NCBI GenBank assembly: GCA_963693365.1
Contig: CAVNZM010000003.1
Coordinates: 14,987,143-15,051,142, forward strand
Direction: 5' to 3'
Length of the DNA stretch: 64,000 nt
Origin: Amoebidium appalachense
Lineage: Eukaryota; Protista; Ichthyosporea
Shown here one piece after another: positions 1 through 46,348 of the stretch (its first letter is position 1; the number at the start of each line of letters is the position of its first letter). The translations under genes and the position numbers were made by a program. The notes under the pieces are model-generated. The model did not search any database. It was not told the origin of the DNA and worked only from the letters and a program-made list of their open reading frames with translations.

Positions 1-339
1 TTCCACGCACACACCCGCGAGCAGAGATGTACTCAACATCACAAGTGCAGACAGGGACACGGCCGAGGAAGTGTCGCTGTTCCCCTTCACCGAATGATTC
101 AACACCGCCATATGCGTGCCGAAGGTGAAAGGAACAACAAACCACCAATATCCACACGTGTTTATGTTGTTGATTGGGTCAGCAACGAAGCCGGCCAGTT
201 GGCCTACAAGCTGGCTGCTAGATACTTGGAGGGCAATGGTTCCTGCGATGGCAACGAGAAAAGCAATCCCACTCAATACGGATAGAACTCCGGTGGGGCC
301 GGCGCGGAAAGCTGCTATTGCTGGTTTGTTGGACGACAT
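1..339 (-). CDS. 5' part of a multi-pass membrane protein (Sho1-like TM domain), paralog of 1260-1685; runs off the window edge
   Basis: ATG at 339 (context aaacATGt), open for 113 codons to base 1: MSSNKPAIAAFRAGPTGVLSVLSGIAFLVAIAGTIALQVSS...NTCGYWWFVVPFTFGTHMAVL...AVSLSALVMLSTSLLAGVCVE. Three hydrophobic helices and a YWW motif shared with the neighbouring gene. Absent from the ORF track because it has no stop inside the window. Confidence 0.75.
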   Translation of the reverse strand, partial: MSSNKPAIAAFRAGPTGVLSVLSGIAFLVAIAGTIALQVSSSQLVGQLAGFVADPINNINTCGYWWFVVPFTFGTHMAVLNHSVKGNSDTSSAVSLSALVMLSTSLLAGVCVE

Positions 340-1259
340 GTTTGCATGTGTTTTTAGCTTACGTCAAGAAATATAAGTATATTAGAGTCTTTCCTGCTTG
401 TAGCGCTGCATGCATATATATGCAACGCCATGGGGCCACGACTCAACACGTCTTTGAATTCGAAACTGAACGTGAAGCGGGCCGGGTTACCGTTAGACGC
501 ATGCATGCAGTGCCTCTTGTGTGGTTTGGTTTGCAGTTTTTTCTGATGGAGCTTATGTGTAGCGCGTTCGCTCACGTACTTTTTGGTGCTGTTTGTCACT
601 GATATGTGTGCAGCAAAACGATGTCAAAGACTGCGACATCTACGGTGAGAAGAGCATTGAGCACGTCTCGCTGGATTGGTTCTGCGGGTTGGATTCGCAC
701 CAATCATAGAGTACATGGGTTAAAAAAATTAAGTGAGGTCTCTCCCTCTCTGTTAGATAATACTGTAGCAAACTGTTTGTCGTGCTGTATTCAAATTATA
801 TGAAAACCCTGCTATCTTTCAACCCAAGGATAGCTAGGGCAATGGTCTTGAACTGTGCAAAAGAAATGTTCGGTGGTCTTGAGTATTTTTGCCGCCATTT
901 TTGATTCAAACAAACGTGCTTTATGGTTGGTTTAACATCACGGCCAATCAAAACGTTGTAACTATTCGCTAATCACATTTTACGATTAGATCTTGCGGTT
1001 TTCAAAATTTTCACCGTGCATCGCAGCCGGCAAGTTTGCGTCCAACATGACGCGTCCCCTCCTCTCTCGTGCACACACACGTACACACGCACGCGAAAGC
1101 CAATACCACCAAACACAAAAACCTGCACATCACAAAAAGCAATTCATACCACACATCCCAATTTCATCTAGGTTCATTCAAGCTCGGGCCTTACAAGGGA
1201 GAGGAGATAGTAGACTTTATAATCACGCAGCAAGCCGTTTTTCATCGACATCCACCACC

Positions 1260-1685
1260 ATGCTGCTCAACCTGGACAAAATCCTGTTCTACTGCGCCAC
1301 GGGTCTGTGTGCCATAGGCCTCATTATTTCTATCGCCAGCACGGCGGCCGTCTACAATTCAACTGGTGTTGACACCGCAACAAACGGGTGGTATTGGTGG
1401 AACTACGTTTTCTCCACTCTCGTTCTGTGCGTCACCCTCGCTCTTGCTCTTTTAGACGGGGGAAAGAAAATGCCTCATCACCGCGTGCGTGTTGTTGTAT
1501 TCACCGGGCTGGCTGCATCTATGATGGTGGGGCTGGCGCGGTCGAGTGTGAGCATGGCGGAGGGGCTGGCAGCTGCAGGAAGCAACTGGAGGGGAAATGC
1601 GTACAGTGCGTGGGCGGGAAAGGCTGCGGGGGAGTGCCTTACGGTTATCGGGCAGATTGTGCTACTTATTGGGTGTGGTTTTTAG
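1260..1685 (+). CDS. Intronless 141-aa four-TM membrane protein resembling the Sho1 osmosensor transmembrane domain, with no SH3 tail
   Basis: ATG in accaccATG context. Four hydrophobic segments: TM1 (GLCAIGLIISIASTAA), WYWWNYVF at the start of TM2, RVRVVVFTG in TM3, AGKAAGECLTVIGQIVLLIGCG in TM4. The family call is by-eye pattern recall. Confidence 0.75.
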   Translation: MLLNLDKILFYCATGLCAIGLIISIASTAAVYNSTGVDTATNGWYWWNYVFSTLVLCVTLALALLDGGKKMPHHRVRVVVFTGLAASMMVGLARSSVSMAEGLAAAGSNWRGNAYSAWAGKAAGECLTVIGQIVLLIGCGF

Positions 1686-2123
1686 TGTTTTAGTTATGTG
1701 GTATTATTATGTCGAAAGCTGGCGTAGCTCAGCTCTACACGGTGTTGAAAGTCCGTAATATATATATATAGCTGCTGCAGTTATACTGAACTGCGGTATC
1801 GATTAATTGCAAGTTCATGTTAGGTGCCTGCATCAATGTAAAGCTGTGTCTGTACCAGGCATGCAACGTCATCTTCGTGCAATATGTTGTAGTGCAACCT
1901 CTACATTAGCTTTGACAAGAAATCAGAAATGTTTATCCTTTGGAAAGCAATTAACGTACCAAAAGCCTGAAAACAAGTTTTTTCTTTTCGCTGACAGGGC
2001 AAAGCACACAAGATGGCGTCAAGCTAGACGGTGCTGTTCACTACTACGTCATTAAATTTTGTTCACCTAGTATTCAATGAATATGTGTTATGAAGGTGTG
2101 AAAATAGATGCCATCAACGGGCT

Positions 2124-2173
<50 letters not shown>

Positions 2174-2278
2174 ACACACACACACACACGCGCACACACA
2201 CTCACGAACACGGCCACACCCACGCACATGCACACGAACACGCTGACACACACACATACGCGCACGCACACTAGTGTG

Positions 2279-2347
<69 letters not shown>

Positions 2348-2935
2348 CAGCCTACAGTCGACTTATAAATGGCTGGCATACACACAAGGGTCTCTCATCC
2401 ACCCGCAATTGACCTACATCATTGAATGTAGGAACATGCATCCGGGTCTAGCAACACACAAGACAAACACATAGGCATGGCCACCAAGTTATGGGTGTGC
2501 ATACACACACAACTACACATCACATACGGGCTATTGGATGTAAATACATACGCATGCACAAACAGAAACACATGTCCTTCAGATATGACATGCATGCCAT
2601 AGGCCTGCACTTTCACTGCACAAAAGTGCGCAATCAACTGCACACTCTGGCAAACACACCCGTGCGCGCACGCGCGCGCGCACACACACGCACACACAAA
2701 CACACACACACACACACAAATGCATGGACGGTGTAGTCACAGCAACACAAAGATCCACACAGCTTTACACACAAACGTGCACATAGGCGGGTGACGTTTA
2801 AGCATACACAAGTATGTGCACCAATTGCAATAATACAATGAGCACGCACACACGTGGCATGGCACGTCGACCGGCGCCTATGCATCAACATTGAAACACC
2901 TTGTGCACTTCCTGAAACCTCCTTCCACAACCAGC

Positions 2936-2966
<31 letters not shown>

Positions 2967-2975
2967 AAGAAAAAA

Positions 2976-3020
<45 letters not shown>

Positions 3021-4205
3021 CACACACACACATACACGCACACACCCACACCTTCCCGTGGCCGTTATTGGGTCGCATCTTGTATTTTGTACGTATGTGC
3101 TCTGTTAGTGTCTTTGGCGTTAACGATTTTTGGTTCTCCTGACGAAATCTTGTTTATGCGTTCGCTGTCAAAACCCCATTTCTATTCGTTTGCAACTATT
3201 CCCCCCCCCCCCCCCCGGCCCCCACCCCACCCAACCCAAAACCACCACCACCACCACCACCACCCAAAAAAAAAAAAAAAAGGCACAAACAGGCGCACAT
3301 GCACAACCTAAAACAATCCTCCGTAAAGCACCTGTTCTCACGTGTCACGGTAAACGTTCTGTTCTCTATGAGTAGGTTTGGAAATGGTGCTGAACAGCAT
3401 CTTGATGAGTACCGTGCTGGTCGTCCCCCCCCCCCCCCCTCCCCCCCCCCCCCCCCCCCCAAAAAAAAAAAAAAAAAAAAAAGAAAAGAAAAGGAAAAAA
3501 AAAAACTCCTCTCCTCTGCCCTCTCTTCTCTCCGCCCCCCTCGCCCTTTCTTCCCATCCTTCTGTCCTTTCTTTAATGGGCTGGTTATCCCATCTCAAGA
3601 AAGTGGCTTTCCTGGATGGGGGAGGCTGTGTATGCGATTAGCTATCGGCGAGGTCACACGATGGCTAATCCTCACATAACACACTGTAGGTTTTAGGCTA
3701 TGGCTTCTCTTTGTGTGCCTAGAGTTTTACCGTTTGGCATCAACATGCGTTCAAAATTTCTGTGCTCTGAGCGAGCTACAGAGAGGCTTTCGTGAATGTG
3801 TTTAGCCCGGCACCCTTAGCAACTGTTAGTCATCTTGGCACCACGTTGACGTTTTCGTGAATGATTGGCTAACAATCCTACAATCGTTTTAAATAACGTT
3901 TAAAAAACATTTAAACTGTTTAAGTCTTATTATCATGCTTTACAAGAGGCATATCAATGCTTTACGTTTCGTCACACCGAATAAAACTTTTTCGTTTTGT
4001 TCCCTCTCATACAGAACTTAGACTCTTAGTCTTTACCTGCATGTGAATAACTTGATACATGTAGTGATAGTTTGCCTTTCCGTTGACCGAAACATCTTTT
4101 TGAATACACAGAAGCAGTTATCGTTATCATCATACACGTGCCACATCTTTCGTGGTTGAAGCCAACACAGAGAGTTTCCGTCAGATAAAACAGGTTCCAT
4201 CAAAC

Positions 4206-9034
<4,829 letters not shown>

Positions 9035-9510
9035 ATATATTCTCGTTCTGTGTATATCTCGTACATTTGCTGATTTTTAGAGGGGGTTTTTTGGGATATA
9101 AGTACCAGTGGCTTGGTTTTCGTGGTAATATATTTGTAGAGATACGAGTGTTTTTTGGTATGATTGGTGTGTCGGTATAGGGGGGATGTATGTTCGAGTT
9201 CCAAGAAATTCACTTTCTTTGCACAATACTGTTGACTTGGCGTGGTGGGTTTGATTGGTAGATTGACAATGTCGACAAACACATTTTTTATAGGCCTTTA
9301 CACGACATACACATGCACACATGCAACACACACCCGTGCACACTTCGGCAAGGAGAATGTATACCGTGGCATAGATTGTGTGCCTGTGGGACACAAAACA
9401 AGCATTATCCTGTCAATTACATAGACTTAAAGGACGTGTTAAGAAAACCCCTTGTGTTGTTCGATACCGTAACGACGTGTAAGGGAGCCATCCTTCCCTC
9501 CCGGCCCTCC

Positions 9511-9550
<40 letters not shown>

Positions 9551-9874
9551 TTCCTTCCCTCTTACCCCCTCCCCTTTCCCAAAGCTCACAGATAAAAGGT
9601 GTTGTGGGTGGGCCTGTGTGGTGGCTTGCTTGTGAGCTGGCGTTGCAATGTTGTGTGTCTGTGTGCTTGTGTGTGAGCATGTGTGTATGCGTGTCTGCGT
9701 GTGCATGCATGCATGCCGCGGTATATACCACATCTGCCATTTTAAATTTTTCTTGTTGTTGCCTGAGGAGCCTGCCCATGCCGGGGGCCCGGGGGGCCGA
9801 TGATTGATCATAGCAGCAGTGCCATGCCACCGCAGGTCTGGAGTGTGTTTTTTGCGCATGTTTTTAGAGGGGGA

Positions 9875-9906
<32 letters not shown>

Positions 9907-9967
9907 ATGCATGATAGCCTGTGAGGCGTGTGTGTGTGTATGTGTGTGTATTTTTTATTTATTTATT

Positions 9968-9998
<31 letters not shown>

Positions 9999-10360
9999 GC
10001 AGGAGGCAATAGCCTGGCATTTGTAGCTCGAAAGCAAATAGGGCAGATAATATCTTTATTTGGTCCGCGGCATTCATACGCATCGTGCCTAACCAGTGTG
10101 AGATTTCGGTTGGTAGGCACTTCGAACATACATTCCATGCACACCATACATTTTGCAGGATCTCAATTCTGATATATCGATGTTTTAGCACAACATTTAT
10201 CTAGATACTCGATGTTTTAGTACAACATTCATCTAGGTATCTGTAGAAGAGTCTCGTGTGTCTGTGTTTTTCTGTGTTTGTGTGTGTGGGAATGCACCCA
10301 TGAGCATGTTTTGTTTGGAGTGTATCTGTACATCGTTTAGACGTCTGAATCTGCATATGG

Positions 10361-10397
<37 letters not shown>

Positions 10398-10528
10398 CTC
10401 GTGTGTGCTCTTGTTGTGTTTCATTAGTGTATGTAGCTATACAGCTGCAGTCAATGCTCCAAAGGAAGAAAAATGAACAGCAATACCCTGTTCCTAATTC
10501 ATCCACGTTATGGCCATCCACCAGGAAT

Positions 10529-16997
<6,469 letters not shown>

Positions 16998-17439
16998 GCC
17001 CAAGCTGTGGAGAAAAAAACGCAACTAAATTCCCTCCGTGTCTAAGTGCTGGTGTGGTAGGTGGCGTAGGCTACACATCATTCACATGTATATCAAGAAT
17101 TCTACGAGAGAGGTACATTCTCTTCCGAACCTGCCATTTCAGCCTGAGCCTCGGCTGCGCCGCTGTGGTTGAATAACGGCAACACGACATATGATTGGAT
17201 ATCATGTGGATAAAACCTGCCTTATATAGTAACATTTTGCGCGCTCGATTCAAATTACAAGAGAAGTAAAAGAAGATGACGTCACAACATCATCACTGAC
17301 TGTGCTGCAAACGAGCACTTACAAATAGCGGATTTTGAGCAAAATAGAGTAAAACGTGCTTATTAACAATAAGTATGAGTTGAAAGACAGCTCTAGCAAA
17401 GATGTAGCCCACCAGGGCCGTTCTTTTGGTTGTGTGAAG
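16998..17439. promoter_or_regulatory. Putative bidirectional promoter between METTL23 and HELQ
   Basis: ~440 bp free of microsatellites between divergent ATGs. Reverse CCAAT box (tgattgg, 17192), TTTTGCGCGC-N4-TTCAAA (17235-17254) and a CRE palindrome TGACGTCA (17277-17284). Confidence 0.6.
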
Positions 17440-39131
<21,692 letters not shown>

Positions 39132-39262
39132 TATTGAACCAATCCCGTGCAGCCTTTGGATTGATCGACGTGATGGTGCACCAATAACATGCAGTATTTC
39201 CATGTTGTGAGTGTGAAGGGCGAACTGAACTGATAGCTATAGACATATTTTTTTTTGTTTTT

Positions 39263-39293
<31 letters not shown>

Positions 39294-39800
39294 GCATTTT
39301 CTTGCAGTAGCTAGATGGGTATGTGCGCGAGTATATAATGGAAACAAAACTTTCGAGCAGTAGCATGAATGTTTGTGTGTTGTGTCGCTGTTTTAAAGCG
39401 CATCAGAAGGGGGAGGGGGGATGGGAAGGGGGATGACTGGCTTTGAATTACATAGTAAGCTAGAGTGTTGCAGCAACATTGGTTTGTCCCTTGTGTGTAT
39501 GTTTGTATGTGTGTTTGTTTTTTATTGTGTGTGTTTATTTCCGAGCCCCGACAGCGGCGGCGGCAGGGGGGGGGGGGGGGGGGGGGCTGGCTGCACAGAA
39601 ACGTGCAAAATAGCATTCCAATAACTTGAGTTGCATATATACCGGTTGGAGGTGGTTTTTATTCCGTGAAGACTTCCAATGCCGCAAACAAGCATGCAAA
39701 CCCTTTGATAATCATAAACATGTGAGGCGAGCCCTTGACGATCGCTCACACTACATACCATTCTGCAATGCCTACCGTCGGTCTGCCATCTCAGCCCCCC

Positions 39801-39856
<56 letters not shown>

Positions 39857-40714
39857 GTGACGCACACACACACACATCCCACACCCCACCCCTTCCCCCT
39901 CAAGAAAAAAACGGGGAAGGGGGGGTGGGGGGTGGGGGGGATACGTGTTTGCGCATAGAGAGTGTGAGAGAGAGAGCTCGGGAGGGGGGGCGGAGCACAA
40001 AAGGGAAAAAAGATCACGAACACTGTTATAAAATAAAACGGCCAAGCACACACTTTATAGTTATTCCAACAATGAATGAATGAGCATGATTGAACCCCAC
40101 TGGAGTAACCAGATGACATGTCACATGTCCTCCGTCAACCGTAATCTAATCCCACACTCTCGATACAAGAGGAGGGTAAAGTTGGAACCTCCCTCCCTCC
40201 CTCCCCCATCCCCCGGTCCCCCCCCAGCCACCCTTTTGACTTCCTCCTGCCCCGAAGGTACACATGCTACCACCATTCCACATGCATATGAACTTCTTAG
40301 ACGAGGAATGCGGTGAAATATTACATACATGTGTACGGTATGTGTGTGTGTGCGTGTGTGTTGGGGGGGGGGGGGGGGGAGAGAGGGGGGGGGGGGGGGA
40401 GCGGGGGGGGTTCGGAAAGGGACGATTGCCACTCTTCAGGTCCATGACTACTCTTGGCTGTAATACATACTATATACACAATGTAGTACAACTATCATAT
40501 TTGATATAACATAAATTAGTATTACATCCGTAATTAAAAAAATGTAACATATGTTATACATACTAGTATTACATACGTAATGTACAATGCATATAACATA
40601 CGTAATGTAATACATATTAGTATTACAAACGGAACATTATGTATATTACATCACCGGAGGCAAGCTGAGTGACCACAAAAGGTTTTCTAAGTGCATATCC
40701 ACATGACATCACCT

Positions 40715-40757
<43 letters not shown>

Positions 40758-41252
40758 TTAAAAGAGAAGAGCAGAATCCAACAGTTCGAAAAAAATAACG
40801 TACACAGGCACAACTAGCCCCCCCCCCCCCCCCCCCCTTCCTCCCCCCTTTCCCCCCCCTCCCTCCATATTTCCCCACCACCGCGCCCCTACGAATAAGC
40901 ACTACTGCCCAACAGCTACCTACCTACCCCCCCCCCCCCCCCCCCCCCCCTCTCCCCCCCCCCCCACCCCCCACCCCCCTACTAACCTGAAAAAACATGT
41001 GTTCATCTCCCCTCCTCCCTAGCCTTCTCTCCCCTCCTCCCCCAACACACAAAACACCTCCCCTTAGCAACGACTAACACAAGCTGACTAGTAATATCAG
41101 AAGATGTGTTCAAGTTTGCTGGCGGGTTTTTAAATGTATTTTCGAGCTTTCGTGGTTGGCGCTTGGAGCCTGTGTGTGTGTGTGTATGTGCGTGTGTGTG
41201 TGTGTGCGTGTGTGTGCGTGTGCGTGTGTGCGTGTGTGCGTGTGTACGCGCG

Positions 41253-41307
<55 letters not shown>

Positions 41308-42427
41308 TGTGTCAAGTGAGCCGAGGGAGGGGCAGGGGGAGGGGAGGGGGGAGGGGGAGACGACTAAGGCAAATAGCCCTTTACGATGTTTTACCGTGTA
41401 TGTGCACGAATGTAGAAAGAATAGTTCGTACGAGCATTGTAAGTAGGGGTGTGTAAGCTTGTTGTGCATGCTATCCGTCTGGCAGGGTGGCATGGCAATG
41501 AAGAGGAGAGGAAAGAAAGAGCCGATTGGTATTAGCGTATGGCCGTTATGTTAGGGGGGGAAGGGGGGGGGGGGGGGGGACAAGGAAATGATGTGGCTAT
41601 GGAGATCACCGGTTTGTGGAAGGGCATGAACATACTAAGAGGGTGGGAGGGGGGTGGGGGGGTGGGGGGAGGGGGGGGGGGAGGATGCCAAAGAAAAACA
41701 TTTGGGTAGAGGGGGTGAATGGATCGACATTGGGGCAAAAGGGGGGGGGGGGGGGGTAAGGGGTTTTGGTTGATTGAGTGTTCATTGAGTTAGAGGGTCA
41801 GAGGAGAGGAGGGGGGGGGAGGGGAGGGGGGGGGAGCCCGGGGCGGGGGAGGGGGAGGAGGTGGGATGCAGGCCTGGAGAAAGATGAGGAAAGAGGGGTG
41901 ACAAGGTCGGGGGGACCAGATGCCAGAGAGGGGGGGAGCGGGGAAGCGAATATCGATGGGGGAGGGGCTTTCTGCAGCTGCATGCACTGAACTTGCGCAG
42001 TTACCATTGCGCCGATTGGTACACTGAACAATGTCAACGAGGGTTTGTAAGGAAAACATATTCAATTCAATTTTGTCGAGGTTGCGGCAACTTTCTCCGG
42101 TCCTTTTAGCAAATAAAATGATACTACAGTAACAGTAACAGGATTTTGTTGAGGAAAACCAAGTATATCTAGCATGGGTAGCGGTTACAGGCAGTTCATT
42201 GGTAGGTTGTACTCCCATGCATGCAGACATATAAATGTCTCAGGCAGCCAGCATGTGTATACTATCATTTGAATAGTGGAGGGGCCAGCTCACATTACAG
42301 TACTAAGGTTTAAGCACTTTGTCATTCGTGCAATCCACAAGCGTTTATCCCCCCCCCTCCCCCGGCCCCTCCTCCTTCCCCTGCCCCCCTCTTCCACAAT
42401 CTAAATTATGTGCGTTTTTTTTTTTTT

Positions 42428-42470
<43 letters not shown>

Positions 42471-42742
42471 CTCATTGGCAGCGTGTAGCTATCCACTTCT
42501 TCCTTCGGCATTCTCATACCCCCCCAGCTCTCTCTGTCTCTCTTTCCCTCTTTCAATATGTGGATTTGGAAACCTGTGCCAAGTGCATAAGTTTGTGTGC
42601 ACCCATGATATTCCTTACGCCCGAATCAAACAATATCCCCCACTTCAGCACATGCCCTACACCATGTTTCTTTTCTGTCACAACCACTATAATACTACCA
42701 CAAACTCAGGAAAAAGAATCTAAACTGTACAACCAATCATGA

Positions 42743-42879
42743 TCACTCAACCTGATATCCCAGACTCTTTAACAAACTGTAGACCTCCCCCTGCCTGGCT
42801 TGCACAGTTGATGACATGGCATTAGGCCCAGGCATTGCTCCGGAGGAAGAGTCTAGAAGCTGCGGTGTGCACGTGGTCT

Positions 42880-42927
<48 letters not shown>

Positions 42928-43103
42928 TGGTGGTGGTGGTGTGTGAACACGCTTTTAATTTTTGATTTTTTTTTGGTAGGGGGCGAGGGGAAAGGGGGGA
43001 GGGGGGAGGAGATGGGTAGGGGGGAGGGGGAAGGAGGGGATGGTGAATCGATAGCATCTGCGTTTGTGGTTGAGTATTAGCCGTGGCGATGTGGCAGGCC
43101 GCC

Positions 43104-43140
<37 letters not shown>

Positions 43141-43326
43141 GGTTGGTTAGAATATGTCACAGAATATATATAGACCAAATTCATGATATACAACACAAGG
43201 AGAGATTTGCAAAATATACACAAAGAATACACATCATAAGCAAAGCCGGGGGGGGGGAGGAGGGGGGGGGGGGCTGCAGGCGGGCGGAGTGGTGGTGGTG
43301 GTGGTGGTGGTGTTGGTTGTGTGTGT

Positions 43327-43368
<42 letters not shown>

Positions 43369-43604
43369 GTACGAGAACAATGATGAACGACTGTGTTTGT
43401 TAGACCACGAGCATTATGGCTGTTTCCTTCCGTTTTTTTTTTTTTTTTTTTTTTTACTCCTCCTTTCCCCCCCCCGCCTTCTTTTCTCTTCTTTCTTTTT
43501 CATAGAGGCAGCCTCTCTCCCCCTCCCCCCCCCCCCCCCCACCCCCCATCCCCCTTCCTTTCCTTTCCTTTTCTTTTTTCTTTTTTTCTTTTTTTTTTTT
43601 TTTT

Positions 43605-43648
<44 letters not shown>

Positions 43649-43803
43649 TATAAGCCGGTACCTCGTTTAGTGCGTTCAGCAGATCCGCTACCCTCTGTTT
43701 CTTCTCCTCTGAAAGGTCACCTCCAAACACCCGCTGGTGTTCCAAAACAGACCTGCCCCCATCATACAACATAGGTTAACATAAACTCGTAAAGCCACCC
43801 CCT

Positions 43804-43842
<39 letters not shown>

Positions 43843-44423
43843 AAAAACCTTCCTGTCCCCCCGACCCTTCCTCCCTCTTCCGCCTACTCTCCATCCCATC
43901 CCTCCCCCTCTTCCCCGCTTCCGTCCCTTTTCTTTTCACCTAGGGGTTACACAAGTCGGCTTGACCATTTGCTAGTGATAGCCTGATGTTAGCTACTGTA
44001 AACTGGTACTAGGTGGTATTGAATGGTGTTACGTATCGTTATCTTGCCCGTTTCCATGTGCACAGAAACTATCTCGATCTAACTCAACACCAATATATAA
44101 GGTCACCTTATAATGAACACATCGTTCTTTCCTCTGACCATTCAAGATAAAGAAGTCAAAAAAACCACGCCTGTATTTACTAAATTCTTTCCTCTGCTTC
44201 CTCTTTCTGGCCCCATCCGTCCTCCTTCCCTTCCTGCTCTGCACATCAGATGGTTTCTATGTAAACGGTGCGCACGCACGTGCGTGTGTGTGTGTGGAAT
44301 GTTTGTGTTTGTGTTTGTGTTTGTGTTTGTGTGTGTGTGTGTGCGCGCGCGCGTGTGTGTATGTGTGTGTGGAAGTGTACGCGCGCGCGTGTGTGTATGT
44401 GATAGTGTACGTGTGTGTGTGTG

Positions 44424-44458
<35 letters not shown>

Positions 44459-45430
44459 CGTGAACACGGACTGTGTGTGTGCACACATTGTTTTTGTGCT
44501 GGTGTGTAAGTTTTGACTGTGTGAATGTGTGTCTCTGTTTACCTGTGGCTTTTGTGACCTTCCTTCCCACGCACGCCGGGGGAGAGAAAGGCGGTGTGAG
44601 TCAGTGAGTGTGTGGGTGTGTGTGTTTGTGTGTGTGTGTCTGTTTGTGTGTGTGTTGGGAGGGCGGGGGGAGGGAAGGGGGGGGGGGGGGAGGGGGGGGG
44701 GGGGGGGAGGAGAGGGGGAGACATACGCCAGCAACCCCCTCAACTGGCCCAAGTCATAAGCCACGGCCAGACCAGCACTATATCCTCTATTGAAGGAAGA
44801 CTGGAGCACTGCTTCCTTGCCTGTATCTATGCCCTCACGGTAGCCAGTCTGGGGTGGTAAAGGACGATAAGGAGAAGAAGGAAGAGGGGGTTGGGTAGGA
44901 GGGGGGGAGGAGATGGAGAGAGAGGGGGGCGGGGGAGAGTTCGAGAGGGGGATGGGAAAGGGAGTAGGGGCGGAGGAAGTCCGGGGAAAGGGTGGACCGG
45001 GGGGGGGGGGGGGGGGAGGGGGGGGGGGGGGGGGGGGGGCAGGGAGGGAAAGAGGGAGAACGAGACAGAAGAGGGAGGGAGGGGGGGGGGGGAGGGGAAG
45101 TAGCGGCGGGATACCAACAATAACTCGGGGTAGGCGGGAAGGGGGTGGAGGGAAGGAGGGAGGCCGGGAGGGGGTGATTAATAAGAGGGAGACAGGAGAG
45201 GCAGGGGGCGAGAGGGGAGGAGGGCCTAGGGGCGAGATGAGGGGGGGAGGGGATGGGGGTGGGGGGGTTTAGGGGGGTGGGGGGGGGGGGGGGGGGGGGG
45301 AGAGAGAGAGAGAAAGAGAAAGAGAAAGAGATGGAAAGAGAGGGGGGGGGGGGGGGGGTGAGAGAAGAGGGAAGGGAGTGTCAGGGGAGAGAGAGAATGG
45401 AGAGAGAGAGGGAGACGAAGAGGGAGAGAG

Positions 45431-45493
<63 letters not shown>

Positions 45494-46348
45494 TGTGTGT
45501 GTGTGTGTGTGTGCGAGACGGCCGATGAGTGCATGTGTTTATGTATGGGGGTTACCAGGGCGGAGGGGGGAGAGGGAGGGGGGAGGGGGTAATTAAGGTT
45601 AACAGAGAAGAAAACGATGTATGTATAGTGCTGTTAGTGGGTGTGTGTGTGTTTGTGTGCGGGGGGGGGGGGGGGGGGGGGGGGGGGGTAGGGGGGAGGA
45701 CGGGGGGCGGCATGTGGGGCAGGGGGGAGGAGGGGGAGACCTGACCCCCGGGGAAGGAGGGGGGTAGGGGAGGATGCGGATATGCTTTTAAGGTTCTCAA
45801 AGAAGAACTGTAGAGTATGAGGGGATATGTAAAGGAGGGGGAGGACGAGGGGAGGAGAGGGGGGGGGGGGGGGGGGGGGGATGCTTGTGTATGTTCTTCT
45901 GCGGCTGTGCACCAGCTGGTAAGTAGTGCGGAAAAAGGAAAAAAATGTGTCTATGTGTGTCCGTGGGTTTATGTGTGAAGTTCGTGTGTGTGTGGTCGGT
46001 GTGAACGTGTGAAGTTTGTGTGTGCGTGGTTGGTGTGAAGCTGTGTGGAGGCTGGATGAGTAATTCTCTGTGCGTGTGTGTGCGTGTGTGGTCATTGTGT
46101 GCGTGTGCGTGTGCGTGTGTGTGTGCGCGCGCGTGCGTCATTGTATTTTGTTGTGCGTGCGTGTGCGTGTGTGTGCGTGTGCGTTGGTGCATGTGTGCTT
46201 GCGTGTGTGGAAGGGCTCGTGCAAGGGCACGAGTGTGTGGCACAACACACACACCCACCGTCTTAAACTCTGTTTCCATACGGCGCCACTCTGCCCCAGC
46301 AACGTGACGCTCAAAGTCCACGTCCCCTTCAAGCTCAGCGTCCTCCAT
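42743..46348 (-). CDS. YAE1: Yae1 domain protein (Fe-S assembly adaptor for Rli1/ABCE1); exons 46348-46259, 44848-44727, 43752-43662, 42859-42743 (~139 aa)
   Basis: EWRRMETEFKTTGYREGIDTGKEAVLQSSFNRGYSAGLAVAYDLGQLRGLLA is the deca-GX3 motif of the Yae1_N family; the EW..M and GKE..LQ..FN.GY pattern favours YAE1 over LTO1. Intron phases are consistent. Confidence 0.87.

Noticed and set aside
993-1259. N-terminal extension of the 230-aa ORF from a TTG start
   Set aside because: The first ATG (1260) has good context and begins the hydrophobic domain; the upstream part includes CA repeats and looks like 5' UTR.
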